This document shows positions 28,097 through 42,550 of a DNA stretch of 64,000 nucleotides, piece by piece (the first letter of the stretch is position 1; every line of letters starts with the position of its first letter). The DNA is taken from the NCBI GenBank assembly GCA_012295275.1, contig CM022677.1, positions 17,856,001-17,920,000 on the forward strand, read 5' to 3'. Source of the DNA: Chrysomallon squamiferum. Its lineage: Eukaryota; Animalia; Mollusca. The notes under the pieces were generated by a model. It worked only from the letters and a program-made list of their open reading frames with translations, did not search any database and was not told where the DNA came from. The translations under genes were made by a program, and so were the position numbers.

Positions 28097-28110
28097 GTTG
28101 CCATGGCAGC
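28097..28110. promoter_or_regulatory. RFX X-box-like site, overlapping a Kozak-like ATG
   Basis: GTTGCCATGGCAGC, one mismatch to the perfect palindrome GTTGCCATGGCAAC. Confidence 0.55.
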
Positions 28111-28979
28111 TGTGAGGCGGAGGTGAGTTATTGCGTGTGAAATATTGCACGTTATTTAAAAAAAAAAAAATAATAATAATTTCTCGCCGGTTTTTGCAAA
28201 CACCTGCTGATGTTGTGGTTGTTCTTGTTTGTGGATAATTTAATTTCTGTTTTCTGGTGTAGTCTGTGTGTGTGTGTGTGTTTCTTGTCTGTTTGTCTGT
28301 GAGTGCGTGTGTGCATGTGTGTTTCTTGTCTGTTTGTCTCTGTGTGTGCGTGTGTTTCTTGTCTGTTTGTGAGTGTGTGTGCATGTTTGTGTATATGTGT
28401 GTGTGCATGTGCTTTCAGTGTTGGATGTTGTGGTGTGTTTATATCTTTGATGAGTTTGTGTGTTCTTTGAGAATGTATCTTGCGTATGATGTGTTGGAAT
28501 GTATTTATGTGTGTTTGTGTGTATGTATGTGTGTATGTATGTGTGTTTGTGTGTGTGTATTTCTGTGGTGTGTGATTGTATGTGTTTTGAAAACGCTTGG
28601 TGTGTACTGTATTTCATGCTTGTGGGAGTGAGAGAGAGAAATTAATATTTAAATAAATTAATAAATAATTATACATATTAAGAAAAACGTAATTAAATAG
28701 AAGAAACACACACACACACACACACACACACAGAGAAATATTACAAATACATTTTAAACAAGGCATACACAAATCCCAAAACATTTTAAACAAAGCATAA
28801 ACAAATCCCAAAACAAAAAAAAAAAAAAAAAAAAAAAAAAACCTCCAGCAGTATTAGTGAAACAGGTCAGCCAAATTGATTCCATGTCTGTCTGAATCGC
28901 TGAATCATTCGTTCACATCTCAGTTAGTCTGATCAATGCGCACGGTTACCTCATTGCGTGAAATCCCCATCAACCTCTG

Positions 28980-29420
28980 TCAGAGCTGGTTACTGTCAGT
29001 GGTTACATTGTGCTTTTTCTAAACACGGTTACACACTGGGTTTTTTCTAAACTACAGAATTAGTTTTACATTGAAGATTTAGTTTCAGGGTAAGAGTTGG
29101 TTACAGTCAGTGGTTTTCTGCTTTTTCTAAACCCAGTTACAGAAATTTGGTTACATCTGTTTTTCTAAACACATTGGTTTTTTTCAAAACTGCAGAATTA
29201 GTTTTACATTGAAGATTTAGTTTCAGGGTAAGAGTTGGTTACAGTCAGTGGTTACACTTTGCTTTTTCGAAATCTTGGTTACATTTTGTTTTTCTAAACC
29301 TGGTTACACTCGGTATTTTACTGTAACCAGATTACTTTATTATTTGATAATTAATTTTTACAATGAAGAGTTGGTTAATATCAGTGGTTACATTTTATTT
29401 TTTCTAAACCTGGTTACACA
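28980..29420. repeat. Tandem repeat of about 138 bp with GGTTACA subunits
   Basis: cagaattagttttacattgaagatttagtttcagggtaagagttggttacagtcagtggtt is identical at 29055 and 29193, with decayed copies on either side. Confidence 0.9.
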
Positions 29421-30124
29421 TTGAGGTTTTTAAGAGAATCATTGCTTATCAATACATTTCATCATACAGTCTGACAATTCTGGAATCTTACACGATAAAC
29501 CAACTTTATGTCAAGTTTATTACTGTTTAAATTAGATGTAGATGATGATGATGATGAAAATATGATAAATTTGATGAACATGACAGAGATTATGATGAAA
29601 AGATGATAGTAATGATGATGAAATGATCATGACTGTGATAATGACGATATAAAAAAAATGATAATAATGACGGATATTATAGTGATAATGATAATGATAA
29701 TCATCATAAGAACACGATGATCAAAACAGTAACATCAGTATGATGATGATGATGATGAAGATAATGTCTTTGTTGTTATGATTAACCTGTTTCTGTCAAT
29801 TTTTTTTTTTTTTTTTTTTTTTTTTACAACTTTTCCCCATCAACTCTTCATCAAGTTTTTCTTGTTTTGGTTTTTAAAAAAAAAAAAAAAAAAAAAAATA
29901 GAACCAAAACCTGATCTAATTCCAATACAATTTGCAGACGTTGACAACGACGGCAATGTTTCATGTCATGATGTAATGTATTACCCCATGAAATAAGAAA
30001 TTGGTCATGTGACAGGAAGCTGACCTTGTCTCTGTAACATCGGTTGTTTTGTAATGACGAAATTAACTCTAGCTGCAGGGATTGAAAAATTGAGGCTGCA
30101 CAGAAATAGAATTATTTCTGGTGG

Positions 30125-30166
<42 letters not shown>

Positions 30167-30437
30167 AGAAAAGGATCTTTTGGTGATGAATCTTTATTTT
30201 TCTATTTTTTTTAAAAATCACTTCCGTATAATTACATTGCTTTGTTATTTTTTTTGTTGTTGTTGTTGTTGTTGTGGTTTTATAGAAATATTCTGCAAAT
30301 ACTATTTTAAAAAAAAAACAAAAAAAACATGTCTGTTTTCTTTCCATTTCTCTCTAAATTTAGAACTGTGTGTATGTGTGTCCTTAATTCCCTCATTTCA
30401 TTTCTTTTTTTCTAAATTCAGAATCAGTGTGTGTATG

Positions 30438-30468
<31 letters not shown>

Positions 30469-30713
30469 ATGGATTTATGGAGGTAAAACACAACATACCA
30501 ACAAACACACTTTCCATGTTTCTCTAAATTAAAGATTCTGTATGATGTAACTGTGTCTGTCTCCCAGTTTACTTTTGATTCATCCTTTCAAATGTGGATA
30601 TTAAACATCAGAAAAGGGAGACAGACAGAAACACAGACAAACAGCTGTATTAAACTGCTATTACTATTTAAATAGTCAGCCAAACTATTTAAATATCCAG
30701 TGGATTGCTGTAT

Positions 30714-31004
<291 letters not shown>

Positions 31005-33423
31005 TACATTTGCTGAATTAACCACACTAAGTTTCAATACATTAAACAAGTGAAACAATCAACCTGATCGCTCAATCTCTCTGCATGGATGTTCCAAATT
31101 GCCGTTTTTTTCCGAAATCTTCTGGATCGCGTTGATGGTTTTACAATTCTCTTCAGCCAGAGTCCATCTCCTGCTGAGAGTGTAATTGCCTCTGTATTGT
31201 TTCGGCAATTTTTAATTGTCTCCCTTGGCCAACGTTGCCGTCCCCTGTGTGTGTGGGGAAGTGTCTGTTCTGTCCGTCTGTCTTTGCGTTAAATCCGTCT
31301 GTGAGTCCGTCTGTGAGTCCGTCGGGGGTGTCGTTGGTGCAGATGCTAACCCAATTAGCGACGATTGCGTCTTATTCGCGTTTGTTTCAGTCTCTTGACC
31401 ATTGTCCAGTTCATTGCTTGACCAATTGCAGATGTGACGTTAATCGTTGTCCTTGTATTTGTGTGTTTGTGTATTTGTGTTTGTGTATTTGTGTTTGTGT
31501 GTTTGTGTATTTGTGTTTGTGTGTGTGTGTTTGTGTTTGTGTATTTGTGTTTGTGTGTTTGTCTTTGTGTGTGTTTGTGTGTTTGTGTTTGTGTATTTGT
31601 GTGCGCGTGTGTGTGTGTGTATGTTTGTGTTTGCTTGTGCATGCACTTCATGATTATAAGTATTTACATATATACACATAAAATACACAAACATGCACAC
31701 ATAAACAACAGACATACTGATATAAAACACACAGATAGCATGCCTGTTTTTGAAAAGTCCCAGATAACATGTTTTTTTAAATGTTTTTATTTTATTAGAG
31801 AGCATGTTTTTTTTTAAAACATTCCAGAAGACATGAGTTTGAAAGTTTAAGACTTTCCAGATAGGATGGATAACTTAAAATATATTTACAGACTGGTTCG
31901 TTTTGAAACTTTCCAGATTAGCAAAGCCTTGAAAACTTTGAGGATACCATAAACCTTGAAAGCTGAAAACCTTCTGGAGAGCTTGTCTTTAAAACTTTAT
32001 GGACAGTTTGCCTTTAAAACTCGACATGCAAACTTTTTCAGAAAAATGCATTTAACACTTACTGAATGGACAAACTTGTAAAACTTTTTATTATGTTGTT
32101 TTTTGCCTCTTTTTTTTTTTTTTTTTCATTTAAATTATAGAGCTTTTTAAAAGCTTTTTTTTTCAATGCTGCATTTGTGATTTCCTGAGCATAAAATTAC
32201 TTAAAGCATATTTAACAGCATTAAATCCATTTTTTTTCTGTGTGTATGTATGGAGATTTCAAAACTCTTTTCATACCATTTGAACGTGGTGAATTATGAT
32301 GTTTCATAAGTACATCTTCCTGTTGCATTGTGAAAACAAAATCATTGCCTTAGATTATTTATAAAATATATATATTTTTTTTTTAACCAGCTGATACTAG
32401 CTCATAGTATGTTCGTTGTAGATGGTGGAAAATTTAACGTTTTCTGTGTCATAAGGACATACAAAATCTGTAATTTTAAAATTTTGTTTCTGAAGTTGTT
32501 CTATCAAATTAGTCTTTAAGGACATTTTATTTATTTACTATTTGTTTTTTTTTTTTGTCTTTTTTTACTAAGTTATAGTGTAGTTAATACTACTCATGCC
32601 ATTTGATTTGCCATCTCTTACAAAACTCGAAGAAAAATGTAAAAAAAAAAGCAAGTAGAAGGGGTGGGTGGAAAAAGAACCAAAAACAAAGAACCGAACA
32701 AACCAAACACTGAAATTGAATTGTAAAAACACCTACCCTTTGTCCACTTACTATCATTAATGTCATTTGTCTTTTCTAAATCAGTGTATTTATACAACAT
32801 CATTGTTGTGACTGATAGAGCTACCATCTCTTAACACAGATGATGTTGTAAATTCAGTTATTCCTGTGCAGTTACAAATCTTTGGTGAGTCTTCTCTGAA
32901 TGGCTCTTGTTGGCAATGTTAAAGGTTAAATTTACGCTTTTCTCTCTCGCGTGTAACAGAATCTATTAAATGTCTGCAGTGTAATTACAACCCTTGTTGT
33001 CATTTCCAACAACAACAACAACAACAACAAACAACAACAGCAACAACAAAGAACAAAATAAAAATAAAAAAGGGCTTAGAAAAAGAAAAAGAAGAAAAAA
33101 TCTTCTTGTTCATTGACGTCATAAAACATTTGGTTTGTTGAAAAATATATTGCACTGACAGGGTTTTATAATCATCCTAGTCTCTTTATGAATTACTTGT
33201 ATATGCTATTACAAGAATTTCTGTTTTTGAAAATCAAAATTCTCTTTTGAAACAGTATTTTTAGAATTCTTTAAAAAAAAGAAAAGAATTCCTTGTAAGG
33301 CATTCATGGAAATAAAAACAACAGATATTCATTCTACCTTCAATCAAACTTGTTTTTGCGTCCTTTCACATTTCACAAACCAATTAACTACTTACAAGAC
33401 CTTCAGCACCTTTCACGCAAACC

Positions 33424-33484
33424 GACCAATCAGAACCCGGCTTACAAAAACACAATGAGCCAATGAGAATGCTGCTTACAAAAA
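33424..33484 (+). promoter_or_regulatory. Tandem CCAAT (NF-Y-like) boxes, putative promoter
   Basis: GACCAATCAG and AGCCAATGAG with CCAAT at 33426 and 33460, followed by a CpG-richer island to about 33800. Confidence 0.45.
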
Positions 33485-33809
33485 AAAAATGTGTCCATTG
33501 AAAGAGTCTGTAGAAAACTGGCGATCCGTAAAAAACGTCCTGAAAAGTAGTTGTATTCGCGGCATCGCAAAGTTAGCTCCCTTTGTTGTTTAATTAATGC
33601 GGCATGTTTGTGCACTCGAGCGTGAAGGAACTTCCACTGTTGAAACTGTTGAAACTGGTTGGTCGAAAAAGCGAGAAGCAGACGGAGATGAACGGAATAG
33701 ATGAAAAGAAAAGTGTTAATAGTAATAAAAAAATAAAAGTAAAAGATGTCCTGAGAGTTGAAGTGGAAATTGATGAAATACTCGTTGAGAACTAAGTCTT
33801 GTGTGAAAT

Positions 33810-34067
<258 letters not shown>

Positions 34068-34443
34068 TCTCTGCCTTTCTTTCTCTCTCTGTTTCTCTTG
34101 TCATAAAATCACTGTAATATCTTACAAGAAGGAGGATGAATAATGGGGAAAGGAAAAAAAAAAAATGATTCAGTGAGAAAGATAAAACAGAAAAAAACAG
34201 AATCTGAGTTATGGACAAACATTCGTACTCAGTGACACAGATAGACAGAGATAAGAACAGACTGAAAGATGAGAGTGGGTGAGAGAGAGAGAGAGCCAGA
34301 GAGAGACAGAGATAAAGACAGACAGAGAGAGACAGAGACAGAGAGACACAGAGAGAGAAAAAGAGAAACAGGGACAGAGAATATACTGTTTTCACATTAT
34401 CAAAAACAAGAAAAGACAATACAGAAATGTGATCAATATGTGG

Positions 34444-34545
<102 letters not shown>

Positions 34546-35897
34546 GCACACTCTCCAGATGACCCAGTTAGTAACTAGTCCTTGTCTAATAGAAAACAAA
34601 TATTTACGCACAGCCCAAATTAAACCTCATCAAAGTTCTACCCTTCCACGAAAATAAAATAGTTTTTTTTTTTTTAACCGATCACTGTCAATAAAATCTT
34701 TAACTTGGCCATTTCTGTTAATCCCAATCAGTCTGGATAATGAGAGCTATTAGTAATGGTAAACCAAGAGTTAAATTTCGATCGGAATATTTTTTATTTA
34801 TTTTTTTTTTTTTTTTTTTCTTCATCCAATCAATATTTTTCTTATTTAAAAAAAAAAGCCACAAAAAGAAAAAAAAAACCTGCCAGAAGTCATTGATTTG
34901 TAGCAAGCTCTGATTTTTAAGTTCTTTTTTTAAAATTTTCTTTAATTTTTTAAATTTTTTTCTGTTTTGTATAGTTTATCATATACTGTTATTGCTTATT
35001 GATTATTCTTTGCGGTTTTTTGGTGTGTTTTCTTTTTTTAAATCTTTATTTTATTTATTTTTTTGCTTTTACTTTACTTTATGTATTTTTTTTTTTTTTT
35101 TTTTACTTCTATTGCACTTTATATTTTATTCTCTTTTGACTTTTACTTTATTTATTTATTTATTTGTTTGTTTGTTTGTTTGTTTGTTTCTTTATTAATT
35201 AATTTATTTATTTATATACTTTACTTAGTTACTTACTAGAAAAAAAAATTAAAAAATAAAAACAAATTTATTACAGATTTTCGACATTTATTTTTACTAC
35301 AAAACTTCTATTCACATTTCTCATTACATTTTAAGCAAAATAATCCAATAATTTATGATCGCCTAAAACGTATTTCCTAGCAGAACATAAGTAAAATATA
35401 TTAATAGCTGTCATAAATTATTAAATATATTACACGCATGATCTAACAGATAATATCACAGCTACACGAAAATAGGTGAAGCTATTTTTGTGAAACAAAC
35501 ATTTGATGACATGCGTAAATGTATCATGCTGTGATGTATGTGAAACAGGTAATATATAATTGAAGGTTAAATAAAGAAATTATACATATCTAAAATGTAT
35601 ATAAAATGTATTATTCATAATGACACGTAACATACATTATACGTTATTTAATATGTAATACATTTGTACATTACAAGATATATATATATGACAAACAGTA
35701 TATAATGAAATATGTAAGATGTCATGTATTATGACATGTAAAAATATTTAATATGAAATATATAAAATATATTGTACGTGATAAATGAAATATGCATCAT
35801 AACATGTAATAGATCACAAATTATGAAATAAATTAAATAGAATAGGAGTGAAATACTTATATTGCTGATAATGTAACAGACACATATGTATATTTTA

Positions 35898-35944
<47 letters not shown>

Positions 35945-37499
35945 TGTCTGTGTGTATATACAAAACTTACTGAAACTTGTTTCATGTTTATCATCGACGA
36001 CTGTGACATAAACGAAAATATCACACATGGTGACATAAGTGAAATATATCACTGCAAATACACAATGTGTTTTTTGATCAATACACAACGGTGAAAGCTA
36101 ATCCTTTCATCAAAATCCATGATTAAAATCGTGCATCTTGCCAGTGTACAAAGTATACATTTCTTCCTTTGATCATCTTCCTTCCTTTTGTTACAGGTTG
36201 ACATTTTTAATATCAAAAACGATGACAGTGACCTTTATATAAAATTAAAAAAGAAAAAGAAAAGGAGGAGATGATTATGGAGAAACTGATCTTGTTTCAC
36301 TTCCATTATTATGTTTGCCTTTCATTTCCATGTGTTTCATTTTTAGCGTTTTGATAAAAATATCCGAGATATTTCTGTGATAGACGAAATGATGACAAAT
36401 TAGGCTCTTTTTGAAATCTTTTTGAAATCTTTTTTTTTGTTTTAAATAAATTTTATAGATATTTTGGTGTATAATAATCTTGTTTAGTTCTTGAAAAGAT
36501 ATGAAAAGAAAAATCAATTTTGTTTTGTTTTAATAAATGTTTTATGTCAATTAATGGTTTGTTTTACAAAAGTGATAACATTATTAATAAAACAAAAATA
36601 GGTTATTGTTAGAAAGAAATATATTCTTTCTTTTTTTTTTTTTTTTTTTTATATAAATATTTGTAAAAATTTGTTCCACAGAACTTGTAATCAAATTACT
36701 TCTTGTTTTGTTTTTTAATAACCTTTTTTATTTTATAAAAGCTATTACAGATAATCTTCAAAAACAATAATCGTAGTACTTCTGAAAAAACCCAGCTCAT
36801 AATTCAAAACAATCCCTTCTTTTTTAACAAAATTAGTTTATTATTAAAAATGGAAGTGTGGGTTGTTTGTGTAAAAAAAAAAAAAAAAAAAAAACTAATG
36901 AACAAAAATCATAACATTACTTCCTGAAAAAATTCCTCCTTCATTCTTTCTTTCTTTCTTTTCTTTTTTCTTTTTTTAAATACAAATGTTCAATATTCCT
37001 TTTTACATGGTTTATCATTCAAAAATCTCTTCTTTCTTAACCAAAGCATTTTCTCTTTTTCACTTTTTAAAACAGCTTATCATCTGCAAAAATCCCTTCC
37101 TTTTTAAAACCACCACCAAATCTTTTTCCTTTCTTAAACTCTTTTCAACAACAAAAAAAAGAAGCTTATCATTCAAAAACCCTTCTGTTTTTTTTTAAAA
37201 CAAACATTTTAATTTAAAAAAAAAAAAAAAAAAAAACCCTCCTATCAAGTGCAGGTTATTCGTGTCAACAGATATATTAGTGAAGAACACGACCCTGTCA
37301 CTTTGAGACAAGAACACACAGACAGACACACAGACACACACTGAGGACAGACAAAGTGAGAAATAACATCTCATTCGTCCTCTCGTAAAGAGAATCAATA
37401 CACACAAGCAGTTTGTGTCTAGTCTTAGCGATGTGCTTAGTGAACGAATATTCGTTTTAAACACTCCTCAAACCTGCTGTCGCTGCCGATGTTTACTGG

Positions 37500-38610
37500 A
37501 GGTCTGTGACGCTCAACTCTTTCATTTTTTCACTTGTAGCTACACTAGAGAGGAAACCTGAAGTTGACTGTTTGACAAGTTGACAAAATAGAATACGTTT
37601 GTTTTTTGGTGTTCGTTAAATGAGTCTAATGACAAACATGTCATAATGTTGAAATGAGAGAGGCAGCTATTACATATCTGTGACGTGTATGCTTTCATTT
37701 TTACTTGTAGCTACACTAGAGAGGAAACCTGAAGTTGATAGGTTCACGAAGTAGAATATGTTTGTTGTTGGTGTTTGTTAAATGAGTCTAATGATAACCG
37801 TATCATAATGCTGAAATGAGAGAGGCAGTTATTTAGATACCTGATATTCACGTTTTTTCTCGTAGCTACACTAGAGAGGAACCCTGAAGCTGACAATGTG
37901 TTTTTAAGTTGACAATAGAATATGTTTGTTGTTGGTGTTTGTTAAATGAGTCTAATGATAACCGTATCATAATGCTGAAATGATAGAGGCAGTTATTTAG
38001 ATATCTGGTGTTCACGTTTTTCCTTGTAGCTACACTAGAGAGGAAACCTGGAGCTCACAATAGGTCTGCTGTAAAACGAAATAGAATACGTTTGTTGTTG
38101 ATGATGATGTTCGTTAAATGAGTCTAATGACAACTGTATCATAACGTTGAACCAAGAGAGGCTGTAATTACATATCTGTGACAAACAAATTTTTCCTTGT
38201 AGCTACACTAGAGAGGAAACCTGAAGCTCACAATAGGTCTGCTGTAAAACAAGACAGAATACGTTTGTTGTTGATGATCATTAAATGATCAAATTGATAA
38301 ACCACTTTATATGCTACTCTTAATAATGCTGAAATGAGAGAGGCAGTTGTTTAGATATCTCTGATATTCAATTTTTTTCTCTTGTAGCTACACTAGAGAG
38401 GAAACCTGGAGCCGACAATGTGTCTTCTGTAACATGAGATAGAATAAATCTGTAGTTGATGTTTGTTAAATGATCGAATTATAGTTTATGATCTTAGTCT
38501 CATAAATTACTCTCTATAATGTTGATATGACAAAAACTGTTGTTAAATATCTGATGCACACTTTTTTCTCTTGTAGCTACACTAGAGAGGAAACCTAAAA
38601 CTTGTTTGTG
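37500..38610. repeat. Seven-copy tandem array (155-189 bp period) with a near-invariant 28-nt core
   Basis: cttgtagctacactagagaggaaacctg at 37533, 37704, 37859, 38023, 38196, 38381 and 38570. Confidence 0.95.
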
Positions 38611-39626
38611 TTGCAGTTGTTGTTTGTCAGATGATAAAACTGTAGTATATGATCTCCACTTGGTAGGTTAGTGTTTACAATGCTGAAATGACAGATACAG
38701 TTTAAAGGCAAATAACTGATGTATGAGCCTGTGTTTAGAACTGGAAAACAGTCTTAGTCCAAGAAGACTTTTAATCGAGTAACTGCTGTAAATTGTGTCA
38801 GGAAAATGAATGAACTCTACCAATTACAAACAGCATAGAAATTTTAAAAGATAAATAATGTTTATAAGAGGCTATGTTTAGAACTGGAAATAACCTTACC
38901 CCCCCCCGACCAAAAAAAAAAAACTTCTAATCCAATGACTGACATAAAAATGTAAGAAAAAATAAATTAACTATATCAGTACAGCTTTTTTTTTTGTTTC
39001 GACTAAATGTGAATTAAAATGCAAATATAAGTGTGAACTTTGACCTAAACCAACACAGCCTAATCCACTGGCCAGTTTTCTAACCACTGAGCTAATCCAG
39101 TTTTTTTTTCACTGGATTGAGATTAAGTGGTAAATAATAGCTGTATGCAGCAGGCTGGTGTCACATATACTCTTTCGTATTACACAAACAGTATTGACAG
39201 CCTCGCGATAAAGCAGAAAACAGTGTTAGTTTCGTGTACGTGAAGAATAGTTGGGGTCGAAGGTCAACCATTTGACTCCACTGTATGAAAGGGTAATGAA
39301 GTCCTGATACTCAGTGTCAGAGGGTCTGAAATTGTAACACTTCATTTGAGTGAGTGAAAGGAAAGGAAAAGAAAAGAAAGAGGAGAGGAAGAATAAGAGT
39401 GAATTGAAGAAAGAAAGAAAGAAAAGTAAAATGCATGAAATAAGGGAAGGAATGTTGAAAAATGTTTTGATGAAAATAATAATAATAATAATAACTGATA
39501 ATATAACAGTAATAATAATAATAATAATAATTATTATTATTATTAAAATTATGAAATAAAATAAACAGAATATCAGTAAAATAATTATATTACCGATAAT
39601 GTAACACACACACATACATTTTATAC

Positions 39627-39629
<3 letters not shown>

Positions 39630-39719
<90 letters not shown>

Positions 39720-39723
39720 TCTC

Positions 39724-39796
<73 letters not shown>
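39630..39796. repeat. Compound (CT)n-(ATT)n microsatellite
   Basis: Direct observation. Confidence 0.97.
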
Positions 39797-39799
<3 letters not shown>

Positions 39800-40713
39800 A
39801 AAAAATAGAAGAAAAGATAATATGAGTCATTTCTGCCCAAACAATTAATAACAAATAAACAAGATAAAAAAAATAAACCACCAAAAAACTGAAATCTCTT
39901 GAGGAAAGCTTTTAATGTGATTTATTTATTTATTTAATTAATTTTCCAGTTTTATTAATAAAGTCTAAAAGGATGAAAAAAAAAAAAAATGTATATAAAA
40001 AAAATTCACCATCAAAATTGTATAACAGTTTAATAACAGCAAGATTAAACCAACAGTCCACGAATAAAACATTCATTATCCAAGGAAATTAATTACTGTG
40101 ATGTTGTAGATGATAATGCTCAGATACCGGTTAGATATTTATTCATATTGCACATTTGTTTTGTTGTATGATATTGGAAAAGGTTTTGTGTATGAAAAGA
40201 TATCTGTAATTGATGGTGAAGTTTTTAGTCATTAATTTTATTACAATTTTTTTCTTTGTTGTTAAGTTGACATTTGTGGTTCAGGAAAAAGAAAAAAAAA
40301 CAATTAGAAAAGAAAAGATAATTTTTTTTATCTGTGTGTATTTTGTGTATGAACATAGGAAAAAAGATAAATTACATTTGTAGAGAGACACACACACACA
40401 CACACACACACAACACACACACACAAACACACAGACTTACATATTGTTATATCTAAACCAAATGCATGCACACACATACATCCATATGTAGTAAAAAAAA
40501 AATATATATATATATATTTTATTTTTTTATTATTTAAAAACTGCCAAGCCATTAATTCTGTTCTCATAAAATATTAGTTTATAATTTTTCATTGATTACA
40601 TGCATTACACAGAGTGAATTAAAGGGATTAGATCCTGCAAACTTCCATGCTTGAAATAACTGTAATACCATAACATCTTTCATTTCACCATAATACCAGT
40701 TTTTATTATTTTG

Positions 40714-40755
<42 letters not shown>

Positions 40756-40907
40756 AAAAAGGAAAAAAAAAAAAAAAAAAAATATAATTATTAGAAAATG
40801 GTGGTAACATGAACTGAAACTCTGAAAATAAGAACAACAAGAATAAAAAAAAAAATCAATACAACTTTACTCAAAATAAGTTGTCTGGATAGCGTTATCC
40901 TGTCTGG

Positions 40908-40972
40908 AGGTCAGGCTTTGACCTGACCCGACCTGACCCGACCTGACCTAACCCAGACCAATCAGCCAATAG
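40908..40972. promoter_or_regulatory. Nuclear-receptor half-site array plus two CCAAT boxes
   Basis: AGGTCA-ggctt-TGACCT, then (GACCY)n, then gaccaatcagccaatag. Confidence 0.4.
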
Positions 40973-41856
40973 GGGGGTGCAGAGGCAATGTGCACAATGT
41001 GAAAATTATGATGTCGACAGATCCTAAAGTGATAAAATAGATGGTGATTTTAAATATGTGTCATGGGTGAATTATGGGTGAATTTAAAGATAAATTAAGG
41101 GTGAATTTAAATATAATTATCTCGCGGGTGATTAAGGATGATTTATAGGTGATTTTAGTACAAATTACGGGGGTGATTTTAACATCTGTAAATAAAGATG
41201 GTGTTTGGCAGTTAAGATAATACTGTAATGAAATAATTTCCTCTTCATTATTTTTTTTTTTTTTCTCTTAATCTTATTTAGTCTTGTTCTGTCTTTGTAT
41301 TTGTTTGTTAATTTTCTCTCTCTCTCTGTGTCTCTCTGTGTCTCTCTGTCTCTGTTTATCTGTGTCTGCCTGTCTCTCTCTTTCTCTGTCTGTCTGTCTA
41401 TCTGTCTGTCTCTCTAGTTTTCTTTCTCATTTGTGTTGTCAGTAAAGAATATCCTTCTGTCATCACCTTCCCTCATCTTTCTCTCTATCTTCACCTCCAT
41501 TCATTCATTCGTTCATTCATTCATTCATTCATTCACTGTTCACCATCAGCATCCTCTTTCTACTACCACTACTACAAGAATCAAACCAACAATCGATATT
41601 CTCCTCTCCTACAAACCACAGCAACACTGTACTACTACTACTACAACTACAACCTCAGCGGAGTAAATCCATTAATCAATACTCTCTCTCTGCTACAACC
41701 GCAACATCACGTACAACGACTACGACTACAACTACAACTACCACACACAAACAAATCCAATAATCAATAGTTCTTCTCACCCACAACTGTGGCAGCATCA
41801 TTCTGTCACTTTCACCACCAACTGCATCATAATCACTCTGCTATAACTCAGCAACA

Positions 41857-41890
<34 letters not shown>

Positions 41891-42209
41891 GGACAACAAA
41901 ACAACGCATTCATTCTCTCGGTGAATTGTAATCTGTGTGATAAATTCACACAGAGAATGGATTCACACCAAGGTGACAGGTTCTATTACTAGAACAAACA
42001 TGCCTCCTGTGTTCACTTCATAATTCAGCCACGCTGATAGCCTGTTCAGTGTCTTGCAGTGAGTGATGTGGCAGTCTTCACTGAGGGAGGACTGCCACAA
42101 ACCCGCACTGAATTTTTTTGCAGTGCTGCTGTTATCAGGATTTTTTACTTTTTGGTGCTGGTAGTGGTAGTGGTGGTGGTTGTAGTTGTGGTTGTAGTGG
42201 TGGTATATT

Positions 42210-42550
42210 TGGGATTAAAGGGAATATCGGTGGTAAGAGGTGACATGTAGCAATTAGGGAGTATTTAGCATTGTTTAAGGGAATATTGGTATTAAAAGAT
42301 GAATGTGACTTTTATTAGTCAGGGAATATTTAGGGGAATGCCACAGTTAGCATTAAGATATGTTTAGCATTCCCTCAATTAGCATTAAGGGATGAATGCC
42401 ACCTGTAGCATTTTAGGGAATATTTAGCATTATGGGATGGTTTTCACTCGTATCATTCAGGGAATAAATTGCATTAAGAAATGAATTGTCACTTGTAGCA
42501 TTCAGAGAATATTTATCATTCATACAATTAGCATTAGTAAGATGAATACC
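42210..42550. repeat. Degenerate minisatellite
   Basis: Recurring tagcattaaggga(a)t variants. Confidence 0.75.

Noticed and set aside
36170-36280. Good acceptor cttccttttgttacag|gttgac followed by a short open frame
   Set aside because: Poor regenerated donor, no downstream donor, and the frame runs into A-rich sequence and stops.
37500-38610. CRISPR array or hammerhead-ribozyme (retrozyme) interpretation
   Set aside because: Spacers are long and mutually homologous, the context is eukaryotic and no cas genes are present. The CTAATGA...GAAA motif lacks the essential G of CUGANGA and consistent stems.
40714-40782. Long poly-A as a retrocopy tail
   Set aside because: No upstream retrogene or SINE body and no target-site duplication that I can see. 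Homopolymers are ubiquitous in the window.
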